In this document: in pieces, positions 26,111 through 35,702 of the stretch
Position numbering within the stretch: position 1 is the first letter of the stretch
Layout: each line of letters starts with the position of its first letter
IMG/VR virus record: IMGVR_UViG_3300007004_000001
Coordinates: 1 to 57,897 of that record
Strand: one strand, 5' to 3'
Source: a virus
Lineage: Duplodnaviria; Caudoviricetes
DNA length: 57,897 nucleotides
Made by a program: the position numbers and the translations under genes
Notes under the pieces: generated by a model
What the model was told of the DNA's origin: nothing
Databases searched by the model: none
Seen by the model: only the letters and a program-made list of their open reading frames with translations

Positions 26111-26359
26111 GGCTGCACCTCCTTCGCCATCCGGTGCGCCCGCATATAGCTGGCCCGGTAGACCCACCACAGCTGCTCGTCCAGGTGCTGCCGCCGCGAC
26201 ACGAACACCTCGCGCGGATCAGGTCGGCGCTGCGCATCGCGGATGCCGTCGCGCGCGCCGCAGAACGAAGCGTGACGGACGCGGGTGAGGCTCACGAGCG
26301 CACCGCCATCCACTCCGCCATCAGCGCCGGCGTCCAGGTCGGCTTGATCGGCCGGCGGG

Positions 26360-26821
26360 TCACCACGACACCTCCATGATCGCGTCGAGCCGGTCGCACA
26401 GCCCGCGCTCCTCGCCGCTCAGCTGGCAGACCGAGCAGGGCACGAGGTCAGCGCTGTGCCGACGCTGCACCTCGACGAAGCCATCGCCGCAGCACTCGGC
26501 GCAGTCCAGCTCGCCGACGCCACACGCCGGGCAGTCGCCGTGCAGATGAACCGCGCCGTCCACCTTCGCTCCGCAGTCGACGCAGGCCAAGGCGTAGCGC
26601 ACGACCCGGATCGCGCGGTCGACCGGCCGTGGCGGAACGATCAGCGCCGGCAGGACCTCGACGTAGCCGTACGCCACGAGCTGCGCGCACAGCGTGTCCA
26701 GGTCGTCCTGCGACGGCATGGTCCACTGACCAGACGTGGCGCCGTGGGCCCAGCGGACCGTGAGGCCCAGGACCGCGAAGTGGCGCGGGGCGGGCGATTC
26801 CGTTGCGGTGTTGCTTGCCAT
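26360..26821 (-). CDS. First PL gene, multi-CxxC Zn-binding protein (probably leaderless)
   Basis: Four CxxC pairs; ATG is 8 nt after the -10 box. Confidence 0.6.
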   Translation of the reverse strand: MASNTATESPAPRHFAVLGLTVRWAHGATSGQWTMPSQDDLDTLCAQLVAYGYVEVLPALIVPPRPVDRAIRVVRYALACVDCGAKVDGAVHLHGDCPACGVGELDCAECCGDGFVEVQRRHSADLVPCSVCQLSGEERGLCDRLDAIMEVSW

Positions 26822-26823
26822 CG

Positions 26824-26883
26824 AGTTCCATCATGCGGAACCCTGCGGGCGAAGTCAACTGCGAAGTTCCGTGACTAGGAACT
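26824..26883 (-). promoter_or_regulatory. PL promoter with operators OL-a and OL-b
   Basis: TTGACT-17-CATGAT; AGTTCCA-N5-CGGAACC (26824-26842) and AGTTCCG-N5-AGGAACT (26865-26883). Confidence 0.8.
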
Positions 26884-27151
26884 TTCGTCTAAGACCGCGA
26901 AGAGACGTCGAACCGTTCCCTGCTCGCCTCCTCCGCCAGTACGGCGTGCGACTCCACCACAAGGCGAACCCGAGCGATCAACGCGTCCCAGTCCGCCTGC
27001 TTGCTAGTGATGAGCAAAGCCCCGAGCCCCAGCCAAGTTCTCCACCTTCTCTCCATGGCGGCCCGTAGGAGCACGGCCCGTGCCGTACTCCCGGAGCCCG
27101 CGGCGCCTCAAGTAGTGTCCGGTATTACGGACAATGGAGCCCGGACAGTGG

Positions 27152-27676
27152 CTACTGTGGTGGTCGCCTGCTCTGGTCAGTTGACCGATCGTCGAAGATC
27201 TTTGCGAGGTCGCCGTCGAGTTGTTCGGCGCGGCGCTTTGCATCGTCGGCACTGCTCAGCGTCGCAGCGAGCGCGCTCACCGCCGCAACGGACTTCTGGA
27301 AGCGCGCCGCGTCCGCCGCGCGCAGAGCCCGCCCGGCGCGGATCCATTCCGCCTCCTCCGCGTCCCTGACCGGGGCAAACGGCTCAGGAAGCTCCCGCTC
27401 GGCCCGGTCGCCGAGCATGGCGATCACCTGATGCCGCATTGTCGCGAGCGCCTCGTAGGAGGTGCCCTCGTCTGCACCGTCGTCGTCGAACATGTGACGC
27501 ACCCGACTACGGGTGGCCTTTCCTAGGTGCTCTCGCTCATCGATCTGCGCAAGCAGCCCCGACTTGATCGCTTCGTCCCAGAGCGCGACGAGTCGGCTGT
27601 GCCATTCGCGGTCCGGCTCGAGGATGAGCCGCTTGCCGGATTTCCTCACCGCCGGTTTCCGCTTTCGTGTCGCCAT
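27152..27676 (-). CDS. Repressor-position protein (CI-like, divergent; no S24 peptidase seen)
   Basis: Divergent from the cro-like gene across the operators. The assignment is positional. Confidence 0.55.
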   Translation of the reverse strand: MATRKRKPAVRKSGKRLILEPDREWHSRLVALWDEAIKSGLLAQIDEREHLGKATRSRVRHMFDDDGADEGTSYEALATMRHQVIAMLGDRAERELPEPFAPVRDAEEAEWIRAGRALRAADAARFQKSVAAVSALAATLSSADDAKRRAEQLDGDLAKIFDDRSTDQSRRPPQ

Positions 27677-27705
27677 CTTGATTGGTCGACGGTACCGCCG
27701 CGTAG

Positions 27706-27755
27706 GGTTCCGCACTGAGGTACCTCTTGACAAAGGGTTCCGGGTGGCGGAACCT
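27706..27755 (+). promoter_or_regulatory. PR promoter with operators OR-a and OR-b
   Basis: TTGACA at 27727; GGTTCCG-N5-AGGTACC (27706-27724) and perfect GGTTCCG-N5-CGGAACC (27736-27754). Confidence 0.8.
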
Positions 27756-27763
27756 GTGCAGCG

Positions 27764-27979
27764 ATGAAGCACAAGCCCGGCAAGCGCGTCCGCGAACTCC
27801 GCCGGGCGCGAGAGATGACCCTCGCTGACCTGGCAAAGCGCGCCAGGATGCACAAGTCCTCGATGTCTCGCATCGAGAACGGGAAACAGGGAATCCGCGG
27901 CGACGAGCTGATCCGCCTCGCGCGGGCTCTCGACTGCTCAGCCGATGACATCCTCGGGATCGAGGGGGCGGCGGCGTGA
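27764..27979 (+). CDS. Cro-like XRE HTH protein
   Basis: RVRELRRAREMTLADLAKRARMHKSSMSRIENG. Confidence 0.85.
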   Translation: MKHKPGKRVRELRRAREMTLADLAKRARMHKSSMSRIENGKQGIRGDELIRLARALDCSADDILGIEGAAA

Positions 27980-27981
27980 CA

Positions 27982-28593
27982 TCACCGCTCCTCGGAGCAG
28001 TCCGTGATCGGGGTGTGGCCATGGACCGCTATGTCGCGCGCAGCGAGGCACTGCGCGGCGCTTGCGCGGCAGCTATCGTATTCGCCGTCGGGCCCGTCTA
28101 CCCGGTAGCAGAATGCGCTCCGACTCGCCTCGCACTCCGAGAAGGTGATCCCCCCGCCGGCTGCATCGGTGAGCGCGAGGCGGATCGACTGGCAGTCGGG
28201 CTTGGTGCGCTCGCACGCTCCGATTCCCGGCGCCGAGGACACGATGCAGAACCACGGTGCGGGCTTCCTCCGCTTCTTCTTGCACTCGATCAGCGCCGAG
28301 TTGCTCGGCTTAGTCATCGCGTAGACGTTCTTGCCGATGACGCTGTAGCTGGTGCTCGTCGAGGAGTTGCCATCGAGCAGCACGTAGCCGCTCGGGCACA
28401 GTTCCATGGCGCGGCGGTGCAGGTACTCGAGCGCGGTCCCGGCGCTGGTGTACGCGTTGACCGAGACCTCGATGAAGTGCACCCCGGGCGCCATCCTGCT
28501 GTCCCGGTAGCCGCCGGAGAGCCCCATCGGCTGGTACGGCGTGCTGCACGCGGCAGCAACGAGCAGGGCGGCACCGGCAGCAAGGCTACGCAT
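27982..28593 (-). CDS. Lipoprotein moron (CC0125/CC1285-like N-terminus with a Cys-rich C-terminus)
   Basis: MRSLAAGAALLVAAA-C-STPYQP..GGY lipobox; oriented against the PR operon. Confidence 0.7.
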   Translation of the reverse strand: MRSLAAGAALLVAAACSTPYQPMGLSGGYRDSRMAPGVHFIEVSVNAYTSAGTALEYLHRRAMELCPSGYVLLDGNSSTSTSYSVIGKNVYAMTKPSNSALIECKKKRRKPAPWFCIVSSAPGIGACERTKPDCQSIRLALTDAAGGGITFSECEASRSAFCYRVDGPDGEYDSCRASAAQCLAARDIAVHGHTPITDCSEER

Positions 28594-28766
28594 CCCGCGA
28601 TCCTCTCCCCGTCCGGCGCGGGGCGCAAGCTGAGCGTTCACCGCGCTGCTCTGGTCTGTGCCGACACCCGTAACGTTGCGCACTTCCTCACAGTAAATCC
28701 ACAGGACGCAACGGTCCACTGCATCGTCCGTGTTGCTTCTTCACGGTCATTCACGGCGGTGCAGGT

Positions 28767-29135
28767 GTGAGGCAACAGTCGCTCTTCGGGCCGTCCGGTC
28801 AGTCGGACGACGTCCACGCGGCGCTGCGGCAGATCGTCGACGTGATCGGCCTGAAGGAAGCCGCGTTCGTCTGCAACGCGCAGCCGTCGGCGCTGAGCGA
28901 CGCGCTCCGTGGCGAGGGGCAGAAGTACGTTCGCGTGGCGTGGCTGATCGCTCTGATGACCAAGGCGCCGCCAGCGCTCGGCCTTGAGCTGCGCCGGCTG
29001 ATCTGCGGCCAAGGCTACGGCGTCGTCGAGATCGCCCCGCTGAAGCCCGAAGAGGAGTTGCGGCTGCTGCGCGACCGCGTCCGCAACGAGTTCGGTGCGG
29101 CCGGTGAGCGGCTCATTGCGGAGGTGCGGAGATGA
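28767..29135 (+). CDS. CII-like regulatory protein
   Basis: Position after cro; HTH-like IGLKEAAF....PSALSDAL. Confidence 0.55.
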   Translation: MRQQSLFGPSGQSDDVHAALRQIVDVIGLKEAAFVCNAQPSALSDALRGEGQKYVRVAWLIALMTKAPPALGLELRRLICGQGYGVVEIAPLKPEEELRLLRDRVRNEFGAAGERLIAEVRR

Positions 29136-29530
29136 CCAAGCCCGACTATCTGCGCAGTCTGCGCGCAAAAGCGAAGGCCGAAGGTCGCTGCTCGACGTGT
29201 CGGGCGCGACCGGCAAAGCCTGGGTGTCTGACCTGCCAGCACTGCCTCGATCTGTCTCGCGAGTACGCGAACGCCCATCGCGCGACGGCCGAGGGTCGCG
29301 GCATGTGCAGCGACTGCACCCGCCCTGCCTGCGACGGGCTACGTCACTGCGCCGTGTGCCGGGAGCGTATGTCGGCGAAGGCTCGCGCGAGAACGGCTGC
29401 GCGCGACGCTGCTGGTCTGTGCCGCCAGTGCGGCGCCCCTGAGCGAGAGACGCTCACGCTCTGCGCATCGTGCGCTGCTGCGCTGCGCTCGCGGGCACGC
29501 GCTCGCTACGCCGCTAGGAGAGCAGCATGA
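29132..29530 (+). CDS. Zn-finger repeat protein (three GxCxxC-P-CxxC units)
   Basis: Repeats visible in the translation. Confidence 0.65.
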   Translation: MTKPDYLRSLRAKAKAEGRCSTCRARPAKPGCLTCQHCLDLSREYANAHRATAEGRGMCSDCTRPACDGLRHCAVCRERMSAKARARTAARDAAGLCRQCGAPERETLTLCASCAAALRSRARARYAARRAA

Positions 29531-29721
29531 AGCCGCCCCGCCCACTCAACCGCCAAGGCGTGCCGATCCTCGATCCGCCGAGGAACGGTCGTGGCCTCGT
29601 AGGGCCTACGCCGATCGCGAAGTGCCCGCCACATCGGTACGTCATCGAGAAGGACATCTTTCGCGACGACGTCGAGCTGTGCGTCCGCTGCGGCAAGCGC
29701 CGAGGGATGAACTCGTGGTGA
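29527..29721 (+). CDS. Small Zn-ribbon protein
   Basis: CPPH...CVRCG. Confidence 0.5.
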   Translation: MKPPRPLNRQGVPILDPPRNGRGLVGPTPIAKCPPHRYVIEKDIFRDDVELCVRCGKRRGMNSW

Positions 29722-29832
29722 CCAGCAGCGTCGATACCGGCACGCGTTGCACCGCTGTTGCAGCGCGGCGTTTTCACGTCTGAGACGTGCAGATTTTTCT
29801 CACTCCGACTGATTCGCAAAGGGGGATGAGTC

Positions 29833-30150
29833 ATGGCGAAACGGAAAGTTGATCCCGTCGCGGCCAAGGTGATGCGCGACGCGGGTATGACGTGGCGGGA
29901 GATCGGGGAGCGGTTCGGGGTGACGCCCGAAGCGACTCGTGTGGCGGTACGAAAGGAGACCGATCAGGACTACGCGGAGACTCGCCGACTTCAGGTGAAG
30001 CTGGCCGCGCGGCGCTACTACGGCTCGACGCGAGTGAACCGGTGCGGCGAGTGCGACCTGCCGGGGCACAACAGCCAGACCTGCGCGCGCGTCACGGCGC
30101 TGCGTGAGGCGCGGAATGCCGATTCGTTGAATGTAAGGGGCGGGGTGTAG
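29833..30150 (+). CDS. HTH plus CCHC zinc-knuckle protein
   Basis: GMTWREIGERFGVTPEATR and CGECDLPGHNSQTC. Confidence 0.7.
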   Translation: MAKRKVDPVAAKVMRDAGMTWREIGERFGVTPEATRVAVRKETDQDYAETRRLQVKLAARRYYGSTRVNRCGECDLPGHNSQTCARVTALREARNADSLNVRGGV

Positions 30151-30152
30151 AG

Positions 30153-30467
30153 ATGCGGGCATGGAAGACCAGCGCTCGCCGCTCCCACGAGGAGCACACC
30201 GTCACGCCAGAGCCGGACGTCGTCGGTCTGGATGGCCACGGAAGCGGAGCGTACAAGAAGCCCTGTCGCGGCTACAAGCGCGGCGACCACTTCGCGCCGT
30301 CGATCTGGATTCCGGACAAGCTCTGCGACGCCTGCCTCGCCCAGAAGCAGTCCGACGAGGGAATCACGGTCCTGTCGGCCTACTCCGACGCGTACACCCG
30401 CGAGGACGACGTCGCCGAGGAACTGGCCACGCTGTCGGCGATCCGCATCGCGGCGAGGTCGCTGTGA
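30153..30467 (+). CDS. Hypothetical protein
   Basis: ORF in the operon. Confidence 0.5.
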   Translation: MRAWKTSARRSHEEHTVTPEPDVVGLDGHGSGAYKKPCRGYKRGDHFAPSIWIPDKLCDACLAQKQSDEGITVLSAYSDAYTREDDVAEELATLSAIRIAARSL

Positions 30468-30657
30468 AGCGCGAACGGTGCTGCGGCTGCGGGAAGCCAG
30501 TGGCGTCGCTCGAGGACGAGGAGCGCTGGCGTCGAGAAGTCAGCTTCGACTCGTGGATGAACGGAGCATCCGCGCCGCAGTGGTCGACGGAACTGTGCTG
30601 GCAGGACTCGCCGCGGGCCTGTGCGGTTCGCTCGAGTGCGGTGGAGGCGGTTGCTCC

Positions 30658-31785
30658 ATGATCCGCTGGCAGTACGAGCCATGGGTGAAGCTCTACATCA
30701 GAGAGCAGGGCAGCTTCGCGGCGCTGCCGCTGTTCACACGCGCGCTTGGTGCCGAACTGCTCAAGATTTGCGACCAGGAAGGCCGCATCTCTCTCCACGG
30801 GCGCAGCGCGGTGGACGCCATCGCCTTCCAGCTGGGGGCGACGCGCGGCGATCGGCGCCAGCTCGCCCGCGCACTGCCCGAGCTTGTCGCCGACGGCTAC
30901 CTGATCGAGGAGACTGACGCGCTCCGCATCCGCAACTTTCAGCACGCGCAGCGCAGGAAGAAAGCCGGTCGCGACGACACCGGAAGCGGCCGAGACGGAG
31001 CCTCGAACGAGCGTCCTAACGTCCTCGAAGCGTCAGCGAACGAGCCGCGAACGGACCATGAAGCCGCCACCAATCGTGCGCGATCGAGCCGCGATGGTGT
31101 CACGTCCGAGCCATTGCCGAGCACTGAAGCTGCCACTCAAACTCAATCAAGTATCGGCAACGACACAACTTGTTTGCGTAGTGCCGAAACGAGACGAAAC
31201 GAGACGATCCCCCCTCTGAGTCTCCCCGAGCGAGCGGGGGGAAATCCGTCAGAGCAACTCGAAGCGAAAAACCGTCAACGGCGGACGACCATGGCTGTGG
31301 TCATCGCCGATCACCGCGCCTTGTTGGATCAGCTCGCCTCGGAAGGCATCGGCTCCGGCGGGAAGTCGCTTCAGGACATGGGGGTGTACTCGTCGTCGCT
31401 GATGGAGCTTCTGCGTCGGCTCGAGGGGCGTTCTCCGGACGAGCAGCTCGCCTATTGCCGGCACGTCCTCGAGATCCGCGGCGCCGAGGCGAGGAGCTCG
31501 AAGCCTCGCTCGGCGAAGTACTGCGCTGCAGAGGTCTGGTCGTACGAGCAAAAGGCGTCGATCCGCACGCTGGCCGAGTTTCCGCCGGAGCATCGCTCGC
31601 CGTTCCCGTGGTCGTCGACGTCGAGCTCTACCGCGGTCACCCCGGATAGACCCGAACGCTGGCCAGGTGAGCGCGACGGATGGAACGATCCTCGCGACCA
31701 CGTCCTGTTGCTTGGCAAGCCGTACCAGACACATCGGGACGGTGGGCAGACGCGGCCGCTTGCCGAATCTGTGGTGTCGCCGTGA
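30658..31785 (+). CDS. Replication initiator (lambda O-like position and architecture)
   Basis: N-terminal WVKLY winged-helix-like region, low-complexity linker with DNA repeats, ETRRNET motif; upstream of primase and helicase. Confidence 0.6.
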   Translation: MIRWQYEPWVKLYIREQGSFAALPLFTRALGAELLKICDQEGRISLHGRSAVDAIAFQLGATRGDRRQLARALPELVADGYLIEETDALRIRNFQHAQRRKKAGRDDTGSGRDGASNERPNVLEASANEPRTDHEAATNRARSSRDGVTSEPLPSTEAATQTQSSIGNDTTCLRSAETRRNETIPPLSLPERAGGNPSEQLEAKNRQRRTTMAVVIADHRALLDQLASEGIGSGGKSLQDMGVYSSSLMELLRRLEGRSPDEQLAYCRHVLEIRGAEARSSKPRSAKYCAAEVWSYEQKASIRTLAEFPPEHRSPFPWSSTSSSTAVTPDRPERWPGERDGWNDPRDHVLLLGKPYQTHRDGGQTRPLAESVVSP

Positions 31786-32720
31786 ACTCTCCGCAGTTCT
31801 ACCGGATGCACGACGGACCCGACTCGAGCAAGGCGGCGATCGCCTGCACGCGAGACGAGGCGAAGCTCTGGAACACTCCAGAGCGCGGCTGGGGCGTGTT
31901 CTTCACCGTCAACCAGTTCAATGGCCCGCGCCGCAAGGAGCATCTGGCGCGGATCAACGCCTGGGCGGTCGACATGGACGAGGGCGACAAGCTCAAGCAG
32001 CACGCCATCATCTCGCGCTCCCCGCTTGTGCCGTCGATGATCGTCGAGACGAAGCGCGGATTCCAGGTCTACTGGGAGGCGCAGGACGGCGCGAAGCCCG
32101 AACACTGGAACGCGATCGTGCTCGAGCGACTCGTGCCGTTCTTCGGGGCGGACAAGAACGCTCGCGACCTTTGCCGCATCCTGCGCGTGCCGGGCTCGCT
32201 GCACCTCAAGGACCCGTCCGCTCCGTTCAAGTGCCAGCTACGCTGGAAGCACACGGTCCAGTACAGCGAGCGGCAGATGGCCGATGCGTTCCGCTGGGTG
32301 CCGAGCAAGACGGTGGTCGCCGAGATGCGGGCCGAGTCGCGAAAGTCGACCGGGTTCGACAGCGGTGAGTCGTTCTGGGAAGCCGTCGGGAACCTGAACT
32401 GCGAGGAGGGGCTGAGCCGCCTATCCGGGCACTGGGCGGTGTCGGGCGAGCAGTACACGTTCCGCCGCAATGCGAACGGCAAGACGAACCTGTTCGTCGA
32501 CGGGAAGGGCACGAGCGTCTTCATCGACGAGGCCGGCAAGATCGGCTCCTTGAGCGGCGGCGGCCCCACGCTGGCGCAGTGGCTGCTCTGGTTCAAGCAC
32601 GACTACAAGGTCGTCATCGCGGTGCTGAAGGAGCTCTATCCGCAGCTCGAAGAGATCGACCGCGCGGGCAGGGCGAAGTGGGCGGCCGAGCAAGCGGAGA
32701 TTCGCAGGAGGGCGGCATGA
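31782..32720 (+). CDS. RepB-like DNA primase (AEP superfamily)
   Basis: VFFTVN, AVDMD, PSMIVETKRGFQVYW and D..RILRVPG.LH.K. Confidence 0.8.
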   Translation: MNSPQFYRMHDGPDSSKAAIACTRDEAKLWNTPERGWGVFFTVNQFNGPRRKEHLARINAWAVDMDEGDKLKQHAIISRSPLVPSMIVETKRGFQVYWEAQDGAKPEHWNAIVLERLVPFFGADKNARDLCRILRVPGSLHLKDPSAPFKCQLRWKHTVQYSERQMADAFRWVPSKTVVAEMRAESRKSTGFDSGESFWEAVGNLNCEEGLSRLSGHWAVSGEQYTFRRNANGKTNLFVDGKGTSVFIDEAGKIGSLSGGGPTLAQWLLWFKHDYKVVIAVLKELYPQLEEIDRAGRAKWAAEQAEIRRRAA

Positions 32721-33235
32721 GTCACGCTGCACAGGCTGGCATCCCGACGCTGTACAACGGCGTGAGGTTCCGTTCTCGCGTCGAGGCGAAGTGGGCGGCG
32801 ATGTTCGAACTGCTCTCGTGGCCGGCCGTCTACGAGCCGCTCGACCTGCACTACTACATCCCCGACTTCGTGCTCGGCTTCTACGCGCCGATCGCCGTCG
32901 AGGTAAAGTACATCTTCGAGCAGGACGACTTCGACGCGCTCGAGGCGGAGCGCGCCAAGGCGGAGCGCTCCGGTTGGCCGCACGAGATCCTGTTCGTCGG
33001 CGCGAAGGTGGAGCGCGACCGAATCGGCTGGCTGCGCGACGCATACGGCGTCTGGGACGTCGCGTTCCCGTTCCGCTGCATCGACTGCGGCCACGTCTCG
33101 TTCGCGCACCAGAGCGGATCGTGGCGCTGCCGCGTGACGGGCTGCTACCTCGGCAAGCGGCACATCGACCAGGCCTGGAACATCGAGAACGACTTCCGCG
33201 CGGCGAGCAACCGCGTTCAGTGGAGGGCCGCATGA
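32717..33235 (+). CDS. PD-(D/E)XK endonuclease
   Basis: YNGVRFRSRVEAKWA..YEP..YIPDF..VEVK. Confidence 0.8.
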   Translation: MSHAAQAGIPTLYNGVRFRSRVEAKWAAMFELLSWPAVYEPLDLHYYIPDFVLGFYAPIAVEVKYIFEQDDFDALEAERAKAERSGWPHEILFVGAKVERDRIGWLRDAYGVWDVAFPFRCIDCGHVSFAHQSGSWRCRVTGCYLGKRHIDQAWNIENDFRAASNRVQWRAA

Positions 33236-34248
33236 GCGAGGCGCCGAAGGATCCTCTCGCGTTCGACTTCGGGCTCGGGTTCGAGGACGCGTCGTCTCGT
33301 GTGCTCGGCGAGGAGGAGGAGCGCACGGCGGACGTCGAGCGGTCGCTGCGGTTCGGTATCAAGTTCCTCGACGACGTGCTTCGGGCGATCCTGCCGAAGT
33401 CGATCATCCTGCTCGGCGCCGAGACGGGTGCTGGTAAGACGCAAACGGCGGTCAAGATCGCGATGAACGTCGCGAACAAGGGGCACCACGTTCACTACCT
33501 AGCGCTGGAAGCAGAGCACCGCGAGATCGAGCGTCGCATCAAGTTCGGCATCCTCGGTGAACTGGACCGCGCCGCAGTCTCGCCAGTGCGGATGAACTAC
33601 GCCGACTGGTACCTCGGCAAGTACGACGACATCATCAAACGTCGGTATCGGGAGAGTCTCGACAGGGAACTCGCCAGCACCCTGCGCAACCTCAAGACGT
33701 ACTACCGAGGTCGCAGCTTTCAGGCGAGCGATATCGAGCGCCTGTTCCAGGCTATCCAGACAGAGACGTCGCTTATCGTTCTGGACCACCTGCACTACGT
33801 TGATATCGACGATGACGAGAACGAGAACCGTGGTTACAAGAAGCTGATGAAGACGATCCGCGACGTGGGTCTCGGCATCGGCAAGCCGATCCTGCTCGTC
33901 GCGCACATCAAGAAGAAGGATTACCGATCTCGCGACCTGGTGCCGAGCATGGACATGTTCCACGGCTCTAGCGACATCGGAAAGATCGCGACGCACGCGA
34001 TCATGATGGCGCCGGCGCGTTGCGTCCCGTCGACGGAGCCACACATCGCGCACACGTTCGTGCAGGTCCCGAAGGATCGGATTAGCGGCGCGACGGGTTA
34101 CACGGCGCTGCTGAAGTACGACCGCGAGCTCGGCTCGTTCCTGCCTCGCTACACGCTTGGCCGTCAGGTCGGCGACGAGTGGAAGCCGCTCGGTGAGTTG
34201 AAGGAGCGTTTACCGCACTGGGCCGCGCAGGGGAGTGAGTCGCTGTGA
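33232..34248 (+). CDS. DnaB-like SF4 replicative helicase
   Basis: Walker A GAETGAGKT, ALE, LIVLDHLH and GSSDI. Confidence 0.88.
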   Translation: MSEAPKDPLAFDFGLGFEDASSRVLGEEEERTADVERSLRFGIKFLDDVLRAILPKSIILLGAETGAGKTQTAVKIAMNVANKGHHVHYLALEAEHREIERRIKFGILGELDRAAVSPVRMNYADWYLGKYDDIIKRRYRESLDRELASTLRNLKTYYRGRSFQASDIERLFQAIQTETSLIVLDHLHYVDIDDDENENRGYKKLMKTIRDVGLGIGKPILLVAHIKKKDYRSRDLVPSMDMFHGSSDIGKIATHAIMMAPARCVPSTEPHIAHTFVQVPKDRISGATGYTALLKYDRELGSFLPRYTLGRQVGDEWKPLGELKERLPHWAAQGSESL

Positions 34249-34396
34249 CGGCAACGCAGTGGCTCGCCATCGAAGAGACGGACCGGCACCGCGTGTACCG
34301 CTGCTGGTCGTGCAAGCGACTCGCGGTGACGGCGCAATGGCAGATCCCGCCGACGGAGTGCGTCTGTCGGCACACCACGACGAAGAGGGGGAAGTG

Positions 34397-34675
34397 ATGA
34401 GCAAGGCGAAGAAGGCGAAGCGGCCGCGGATCTCGAAGCGGGTGCGTGACGAGGCGGAGATGATCTGCGCGATCGCGGCGAGTAACGTTGACCTGAGCAA
34501 CTGGTACGAGGTGATCGTCCGTGACGGGTTGAACGTTGATGAGACCTCGTATCTGTTAGCTCTTCGAGCCTGGGGGGAATGCACCTATGCGTCACTCAGA
34601 GTCATTGACGCTCACGCCGCCGCCCTGCTCGCCGAGGGCTGGTGTCCCGGCGATCCGGTCGAGGTGCTGCCGTGA
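34397..34675 (+). CDS. Hypothetical protein, paralog of 21962-22246
   Basis: AAALLAEGWCPGDPVEV. Confidence 0.6.
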   Translation: MSKAKKAKRPRISKRVRDEAEMICAIAASNVDLSNWYEVIVRDGLNVDETSYLLALRAWGECTYASLRVIDAHAAALLAEGWCPGDPVEVLP

Positions 34676-34853
34676 GCGTGGCGAAGATCGTCTGGTTCGC
34701 TCGCGGCGGCGGCATCGCTCGGTGCGGTCCCTACCCGACGCAGGTTGCGGCGGTGGATGCGATGCGCCTCGCCGACAAGACACGCGGCGAGTTCCCGCCG
34801 GACGTCTTCGTGTGGCCCGAGCCGGTACCAGTCGCCAAGCCGCGGAGGAAGCG

Positions 34854-35702
34854 ATGAGCGTCACCATCCTGATCATCATCGTCTCGATCTACGCCGTCAT
34901 CCGCGCGATGCGGTGGCTCTACCCGCGGCGCTTCGTCACGCCGTCGTCGCAGCGGTTCGAGATCGCCGAGGCGCTGCGCAAGGCTCGGAAGCGCGAGGCG
35001 TACGAGCGGATGGAAGCGCGGCTGGAGCAGGAGGAGCGGAACGAACTCGCCAAGCGAGTCGACCAGCTCAGGAAGTCGCACGCCGGTGCGGTGTCGTGCC
35101 CGTGGTGCGGCGGCGGCAACGACGATGCGCACGTCTGCGAGTGGCCGCGAGGTGCGGCGTGAGCGTCCTCGTCACGCTGAGCGAAGTCATCTTCCTCTCC
35201 TTGCTGGCGCTTGCCGTGCTGTTCGGTGCCGTCGTGCTGCCGATCGTGTGGCTGCACGAGCGGTGGGCGCTGTGGCGGCAGGCGAAGCGACGTGCGGCGG
35301 TGAAGCGATGAGCGCCGCCCTCGAAGCGCTGGGCATCGTCACGGGCGCACTGGCGCTCGCCGTTGGCATCGTGGTCATCGGCGACACGGTCGCGCTGTAC
35401 CTCGCGGAGCGGCGAGCGAAGCGGAGGAAGCCATGAACCACGGCCGCATCATCCTCACCGTAGCGCACCTGCTCGTGGCGCTCGTGATCGCGGCGTGCGC
35501 GACGCGGTTGCAGACGCGCGAGATCGAGCGGCGGGAGACGCCCTGGTGTGTCGGCATGACGGACAAGTGGGGCCACTACGGCTACCTCTGCGTGCAGTCG
35601 AGAGAACGCTGCGACCGCCTCGTCGCCGCTGCGCAGCGCTACGGCTCGCTCGCCGGGCTCGTGCAGATCGACGAGTGCGTCTACGAGGAGGTGCAGAGAT
35701 GA
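34854..35702 (+). other. String of four small coupled membrane/exported-peptide genes (34854-35162, 35159-35311, 35308-35436, 35433-35702)
   Basis: Each has an N-terminal hydrophobic helix and ATGA/GTGA coupling; the last has a lipobox-like VIAAC. Confidence 0.55.

Noticed and set aside
29738-29762. Sigma54 promoter
   Set aside because: The GG-to-GC spacing is 8 rather than 10, and the alternative register lacks the GG.
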